A stretch of DNA of 64,000 bases, from NCBI GenBank assembly GCA_965222605.1, contig OZ244960.1:5856001-5920000 (forward strand), given 5' to 3'. The position numbers and the translations under genes were made by a program. This document shows positions 58,874-64,000 of the stretch, in pieces. Each line of letters starts with the position of its first letter. The stretch's first letter is position 1. The notes beneath the pieces are model-generated. The model made no database searches. It was not told where the DNA came from and worked only from the letters and a program-made list of their open reading frames with translations. Origin of the DNA: Candidatus Latescibacterota bacterium. GTDB lineage: Bacteria > Latescibacterota > UBA2968.

Positions 58874-61174
58874 ATGGCATTGACAATTGACGAAAGACCT
58901 GCAGGACCGGGTGAATGGGGATTTAGACCAGAAAATGTGACGACAGAGGAGACGCCACCGGCATTTGTGTGGCGCCCGCAGGAGAATGCTGCGAGCTATG
59001 ACATCCAGTGTGCGCGGAGCGCGGATTTTTCAAAGATCGCGTACGAGGCGCGGGGATTGACATATACGGTTCACCGCGCAGCAGAGGTGTTTGAATCGGG
59101 ACAGTGGTATTGGCGGTTTCGGTTTGGCGATGGAGATGGGCAGATGTCGGATTGGAGTTTGGGGCGCGCTTTTGTGATTGCCCAGAATGCAAGAGCATTG
59201 CCTTTGCCCAAACGCAGTGCATTGATTGGGCGCATCCCAAAGAGCCATCCGCGCCTGTTTGTGCGTCCAGAGGATTTGGATAGCTTGTGCACACGGGCAC
59301 GAGGAGATCTGAAACCGATTTACGACGATCTGGTCGCAACGTGCGAAGATATCCTGGCCGATATGCCATCTACCCAAGAACCGCCCCTGTATCCCGAGGG
59401 GACTGTTGTTCTGAGTGAGAAATGGCGGGAGATCTGGTGGGGAAACCGGATGTACACAATTCGCGTGTTAAACAGCGCGGCTACGCTGGCTTTTACGCGG
59501 CTTTTGGGTGGGCGAGATCACTATGGCGAGAAGGCGAAAGAATTGCTGCTGGCGTGTGCCAAATGGGATACCTTAGGGGCGACTGGCTATCGATATAATG
59601 ATGAAGCGGGTATGCCCTATAATTACTATTTTTGCCGCACCTATACGTTTGTGAACGATTTGTTGTGCGAAGAAGAGCGCGAAATATGCCGCGAGGTGAT
59701 GAAGGTTCAGGGGCAGGAGATGTACGATCATCTTGCGACTGAGATGCGCTATTTGTGGCATCCTTATGGCAGCCATGCCGGTCGAGCCTGGCATTTTTTA
59801 GGTGAGATAGGCGTGGCGTTTTTGGATGAGATTCCCGAAGCGGAAGAGTGGGTGTGGTTTGCTATGAATGTGTTTGGGGCCGTGTATCCCGCGTGGTGCG
59901 ATGAGGATGGCGGTTGGCACCAGGGATTGCAATACTGGGACAGTTATGTTCAGCGCTTTACGTGGTGGGCAGATATCATGCAGACGACAATGGGGATCGA
60001 TGCGTATTGCAAACCGTATTTTGCACGCGCTGGCGATTTTCCGATGTATTTTCAGCCTCCCGGTACGCGCGGGGGTGGCGTGGGCGATTTGACGACGATG
60101 AGGACATCGGATCAGAATTGCGATTTGATGCGCACGCTGGCGGCTCAGGCGCGCAATCCATACTGGAAGTGGTATGTGGATATGCACCCGAAGAAAGTGA
60201 AATCCGAAGAGGCGAGAAAGCGCCGGTTGGATGCCGTGGGTGCCGGGCGGTCGCTCTATATCGATTTTGTGCGGGGTGCATTGCCAGAAGTGCGCGCAAA
60301 AGCACCGGTGGATTTGCCTTCTTCAAAATGTTTTCGCGGCACGGGGTTGGTGGCGATGAATTCGGATTTGACGGATGGGAAGAACAATGTGTCGGTCATT
60401 TTTAAGAGCAGTCCGTTGGGATCGCAGAGTCACGGTTTTGACGCGCAAAATTCATTTTCGCTATTTGCTTTTGGCGAGCGTTTGTTGATTCACACAGGGC
60501 AGCGCGATATTCACGGCAGCGACCACCACAAGAACTGGATGCACCATACGAAGTCAACCAATTGCATTGGGGTAAATGGCGGGAGTCAGTTGCGCAACAA
60601 CGCTGCGGCAACGGGTGAAATTTTGGATTTTCAAACGTCGGATATATTTGATTATGTGGCTGGAGAAGCCGCCCCGGCCTATGGGGGAAAGCTGAAAAAA
60701 TTTACGCGGCAGATTTTGTTTGCCAAACCCGATGTAGTGGTGATTTGCGATACGGTGGTGGCGCACGAGGCTTCGATATTTCAGTATTATTTGCACGCTG
60801 AAACGGAAATGGATATCGAGGGACAGACGCTGAAAATCACAACGGGTGATGCGGGCTGTGTGGTGTCTCTGCTGCGTCCAGAAAATTTGAAAATTAGTCA
60901 GACAGATCAGTTTGATCCACCGCCGCGTGAGCGCGTTCAACTCGAGGAGTATCATGTGACAGCAGAGACGACGATACCGCGAGAAGAGGCCACATTTATT
61001 GCGGTTTTGCGACCGCACAGGGCGGGGGATGTGCCCAAAGGCGATCCCGTTTTGATGGATGATGGGCTTCTAAGGGTACCATTGCCCCAGGGCGAGTTGA
61101 AGATTTGGGTGGGTGAGACATTGCGCGCCGAGAAAAGAGATCAAAACGGTGCTGTGGTGGCAACGTTAAGTTGA
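58874..61174 (+). CDS. Heparinase II/III-like lyase (DUF4962-like N-terminus)
   Basis: HPRLF, DEDGGWHQG..YW, SHGFDAQNSF, STN.I.VNG; start ATG 58874 behind GGAGG; no signal peptide. Confidence 0.8.
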   Translation: MALTIDERPAGPGEWGFRPENVTTEETPPAFVWRPQENAASYDIQCARSADFSKIAYEARGLTYTVHRAAEVFESGQWYWRFRFGDGDGQMSDWSLGRAFVIAQNARALPLPKRSALIGRIPKSHPRLFVRPEDLDSLCTRARGDLKPIYDDLVATCEDILADMPSTQEPPLYPEGTVVLSEKWREIWWGNRMYTIRVLNSAATLAFTRLLGGRDHYGEKAKELLLACAKWDTLGATGYRYNDEAGMPYNYYFCRTYTFVNDLLCEEEREICREVMKVQGQEMYDHLATEMRYLWHPYGSHAGRAWHFLGEIGVAFLDEIPEAEEWVWFAMNVFGAVYPAWCDEDGGWHQGLQYWDSYVQRFTWWADIMQTTMGIDAYCKPYFARAGDFPMYFQPPGTRGGGVGDLTTMRTSDQNCDLMRTLAAQARNPYWKWYVDMHPKKVKSEEARKRRLDAVGAGRSLYIDFVRGALPEVRAKAPVDLPSSKCFRGTGLVAMNSDLTDGKNNVSVIFKSSPLGSQSHGFDAQNSFSLFAFGERLLIHTGQRDIHGSDHHKNWMHHTKSTNCIGVNGGSQLRNNAAATGEILDFQTSDIFDYVAGEAAPAYGGKLKKFTRQILFAKPDVVVICDTVVAHEASIFQYYLHAETEMDIEGQTLKITTGDAGCVVSLLRPENLKISQTDQFDPPPRERVQLEEYHVTAETTIPREEATFIAVLRPHRAGDVPKGDPVLMDDGLLRVPLPQGELKIWVGETLRAEKRDQNGAVVATLS

Positions 61175-61368
61175 GTCTGATCCCCTTTATCAGATAGCCC
61201 GTAAAACCCATCGGCTTTAGCGATGGGAAGCAAACGCGAGTTAGCGAGCGTTGTTTTGCAAGGGCTTACGAATTTATGGGGTGGTGCTTTAGCGTTGGGG
61301 CACATCGCAAAGCGGCGATGTGGGCGGTGAGTCATTGTGATTCGTCCGGTAGTTCCACAAAATATGGG

Positions 61369-61397
61369 TTGACAAAAAAGGCTTGTAAGTGTATATT
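61369..61397 (+). promoter_or_regulatory. tnpB promoter
   Basis: TTGACA-N17-TATATT, 6 nt before the ATG; same spacing in copy 1. Confidence 0.7.
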
Positions 61398-61403
61398 TTT
61401 ATT

Positions 61404-62522
61404 ATGCTTAAGTCATTCAAATACAGATTGCGTCCGACGAAAAAGCAAGAGAAAATACTGCTGGCGCATATTGAAGAATGTCGCTTGCTGTATAACCAAC
61501 TTGTCTGTGCAAGAGTCCAAGCATGGGAAAAGAATAAAGAAAGTTTGTCGCGCTATGAGCAAAATAATATGTTGCCAATGATGAAGCAACAGCGTAAGTC
61601 TTTTTCTCTTGTTTACTCTCAAGTTCTTCAGCAAGTATGCCAGAGAGTAGATTGGGCGTTCAAAGGATTTTTCCGCCGTCTCAAAGAGCGGGCAAAGACG
61701 GGCGAGAAAGCAGGCTTTCCCAGATACAAAGGTCAGAATCGCTATGATTCTATCACCTATCCTCAGTTTTCCAACGGATGCCGATTGGACGATAAGGGCT
61801 TGCGATTGGGCAAAATAGGCTGTATTCGGATTGTCCAGCACAGACCACTTGAGGGTATGCCTAAGTCTTGCACGCTCAGGCGCACAGCCACGGGCAAGTG
61901 GTTTGTTACTATCTCTTGTGATATAGGCGACGCCCCTGAAAAAACAGACGCTGGTCCCGCCGTTGGCATTGACGTGGGACTTGATAATTTTGCTATGTTT
62001 TCTGACGCGACAAAGATCGCTAATCCTCGCTTTTTTCGGAAAGAGGAAAAGGCGCTTGCCAAAGCACAGCGCAAGTGGGACAAAGTGAAAAAAGTTTCGC
62101 CGAAGAAACGAGAGAGAGCACGTAAGACTGTTGCCAGAATGCACGAGCGTATCCGTAATAGACGGAATGATTTTGTGCATCAAGAAGCTCGAAAAGTCGT
62201 CAATAAGTATGGCTTTGTTGCAACAGAAAAGTTAGACGCGAAAAAGATGCAAAAAAATCGTCGCTTGTCAAAAAGCATCTCAGATGCAGCGTGGTCACTG
62301 TTTCGGCATTGTCTCGAATACAAAGCGGAAGAGGCTGGTATTAGATTCAAGGCCGTTGATCCTAAATACACGTCACAAGACTGCTCGGCTTGCGGGCACC
62401 GCGAGAAGAAAGCCCTCTCTGATCGTGTGCATCAGTGCAAAAAGTGTGGCTATACAGCAGACAGAGACCTCAATGCTGCGATAAACATATTGACTTTGGG
62501 ATTACAAAGTCAGGCGGTTTGA
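61404..62522 (+). CDS. tnpB: RNA-guided endonuclease TnpB
   Basis: Same motifs as copy 1 (GIDVG, TEKL, DRDLNAA, zinc finger); closely similar but not identical. Confidence 0.95.
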   Translation: MLKSFKYRLRPTKKQEKILLAHIEECRLLYNQLVCARVQAWEKNKESLSRYEQNNMLPMMKQQRKSFSLVYSQVLQQVCQRVDWAFKGFFRRLKERAKTGEKAGFPRYKGQNRYDSITYPQFSNGCRLDDKGLRLGKIGCIRIVQHRPLEGMPKSCTLRRTATGKWFVTISCDIGDAPEKTDAGPAVGIDVGLDNFAMFSDATKIANPRFFRKEEKALAKAQRKWDKVKKVSPKKRERARKTVARMHERIRNRRNDFVHQEARKVVNKYGFVATEKLDAKKMQKNRRLSKSISDAAWSLFRHCLEYKAEEAGIRFKAVDPKYTSQDCSACGHREKKALSDRVHQCKKCGYTADRDLNAAINILTLGLQSQAV

Positions 62523-62579
62523 CCGACAAGAAGCCCAACTGCTTGAGCGTTGGGAGTAATCACGTAGAGAAGTCAAATT

Positions 62580-62810
62580 ATGAAAATCCAGAAACGTTTT
62601 ATAGTTTGGTGGATGCCGATTGCTGAGATGATCGGTAATTTTATGAATCGTGTGATTCTTTCTATATTTTATTTTGTAGCTGTTCTGCCTTTTGGACTGG
62701 TGGTTCGTTTGTTTTGTGATCCGCTACGAATTAAAAAAAAGCGCGTTTCTGGCTGGACAGATTTTGTTGTACATTCAGATGATCTGGATTGCTCCAGGAG
62801 GCAGTTCTGA
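62580..62810 (+). CDS. Small membrane protein (SxtJ-like) accompanying a carbamoyltransferase
   Basis: IGNFMNRVILSIFYF...PFGLVVR...DPL...RRQF; overlaps the next start. Confidence 0.7.
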   Translation: MKIQKRFIVWWMPIAEMIGNFMNRVILSIFYFVAVLPFGLVVRLFCDPLRIKKKRVSGWTDFVVHSDDLDCSRRQF

Positions 62811-64000
62811 TGTATATACTGGGTCTTTCATGTTTTTACCACGATGCTGCGGCTGCGCTTATTCGGGATGGGGAATTGATTGCTGCGGCTGAAGAGGAAC
62901 GCTTTTCACGGAAAAAACATGATTCTAACTTTCCCGTTGGAGCAATTCAGTTTTGTTTGGAAGAAGCGGGGATTCTGGCACAGGATTTGAATTTTGTGGT
63001 ATTTTATGAAAAGCCGTTTGAGAAATTTGAACGGATTTTGATGACTGTTCTTCAGACCTATCCCATAGCTTGGAAAGTATTTCGCGAGTCGATGGCAACC
63101 TGGTTAGTCGATAAACTCTGGGTGCGACATACGATTCAGAGGGAGTTGGGCATTCCAAAGGAAAAGATTTTATTTACGCAACACCATCTGTCCCATGCTG
63201 CCAGTGCGTTTTTTACCTCACCCTTTGAAGATGCCGCAATCATGACGGTAGATGGTGTGGGGGAGTGGGCAACGGCTACTTGGGGTGTGGGTAAGGAGAC
63301 AGATTTAAAGTTGATGAAGGAGGTTCGCTTCCCGCATTCTATAGGTTTGTTATACAGTGCATTCACGGCGTTTTTGGGGTTTGAGGTGAATGAGGGAGAA
63401 TATAAAGTGATGGGAATGGCACCTTATGGAGTGCCTCGGTATGTAGATAAAGTGTGGCAAGTGATTCAGACGTTTGATGACGGATCATTTTGCTTAAATA
63501 TGGATTATTTTTCTTTTCATCATTCTACGACACGCACTTTTAACCTCAAATTCGAACAGCTATTCGGTGTTCCGAGATCACCCGAGACTTTGTTTTTTAC
63601 TGAGGAGACAGGATTCCCAAATTATTTTGGTGAAAAGCCGGGTAACTACAATACCCTTTGTAATCTAAATCAGCACTATGCCGATATTGCTGCGAGTATT
63701 CAAAAAGTTACAGAAGAGGTTTTGCTAAATATGGCTCAGGCGGTTCGACGCGAAACTGGGCTTACAAATCTGTGTTTTGCGGGTGGTGTGGCGTTAAATA
63801 GTGTGGCGAATACACGCATTTTGAATGAATCGGGTTTTGAGCAACTTTATATTCAACCCGCACCAGGTGATGGGGGTGGGGCTTTGGGTGCCGCGCTTTA
63901 TGCCTATCATGCGATACTTGGGCAACCGCGTAAGTTGGTGATGAAACATGCCTATTGGGGCAAAGCATATGGCGATGATATGGTAAAAGCATTTTTGGAT
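62810..64000 (+). CDS. Carbamoyltransferase (NodU/CmcH family), runs off right edge
   Basis: Manual translation: MYILGLSCFYHDAAAA...EEERFSRKKHD, HHLSHAASAF, DGVGEW, PHSIGLLY, EYKVMGMAPYG, AGGVALN, PAPGDGG. Confidence 0.93.
   Translation, partial: MYILGLSCFYHDAAAALIRDGELIAAAEEERFSRKKHDSNFPVGAIQFCLEEAGILAQDLNFVVFYEKPFEKFERILMTVLQTYPIAWKVFRESMATWLVDKLWVRHTIQRELGIPKEKILFTQHHLSHAASAFFTSPFEDAAIMTVDGVGEWATATWGVGKETDLKLMKEVRFPHSIGLLYSAFTAFLGFEVNEGEYKVMGMAPYGVPRYVDKVWQVIQTFDDGSFCLNMDYFSFHHSTTRTFNLKFEQLFGVPRSPETLFFTEETGFPNYFGEKPGNYNTLCNLNQHYADIAASIQKVTEEVLLNMAQAVRRETGLTNLCFAGGVALNSVANTRILNESGFEQLYIQPAPGDGGGALGAALYAYHAILGQPRKLVMKHAYWGKAYGDDMVKAFLD

Larger units (their letters stand above)
61191..62563 (+). 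mobile_element. IS200/IS605-family TnpB-only element, copy 2, complete
   Basis: Follows TTTAT (61186-61190); left-end hairpin CCCATCGGCTTTAGCGATGGG; right end CCCAACTGCTTGAGCGTTGGGAGTAATCAC; no tnpA. Confidence 0.88.

Noticed and set aside
53536-62522. TnpB as Cas12f or a nuclease-dead TldR regulator
   Set aside because: No CRISPR array, IS ends are present and the RuvC residues are intact.
62580-64000. Saxitoxin-like biosynthetic cluster (sxtJ/sxtI-like genes)
   Set aside because: This carbamoyltransferase plus small membrane protein arrangement is widespread and no core sxt genes are visible.

Overview
Bacterial chromosomal window with no rRNA, CRISPR array or integrase. The gene mix (4 PhyH-type Fe(II)/2OG enzymes plus a fragment, 3 sulfatases, 3 enolase-superfamily enzymes, a DUF6785-like transporter, polysaccharide lyases) resembles marine or sponge-associated Poribacteria/Latescibacterota-like organisms; this is inference only. 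Layout: (1) 1-4.6 kb, housekeeping/catabolic genes and tRNA-Glu. (2) About 4.6-20.5 kb, a defence island: Schlafen/AlbA_2-ATPase with an unusual beta-sandwich tail, type III R-M res and mod separated by toxin-antitoxin cassettes, ietA with a disrupted ietS, and a RelE-domain UvrD helicase. All four resident toxins are broken by deletion or truncation while their antitoxins stay intact, and a new HigBA-like pair replaces the IetS protease core. (3) 20.5-46.3 kb, sulfated-carbohydrate and oxidative catabolism with ABC transporters, including two tandem PhyH proteins with a halogenase-like HxG motif. (4) A zinc-ribbon DEAD-box helicase split by an IS982-like element and preceded by a degenerate tRNA-Asn-like leader. 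(5) Two divergent TnpB-only IS200/IS605 elements whose flanks suggest the 6.4 kb between them was inverted. (6) A partial carbamoyltransferase locus at the right edge. All family calls come from motif recognition by eye, not database searches.
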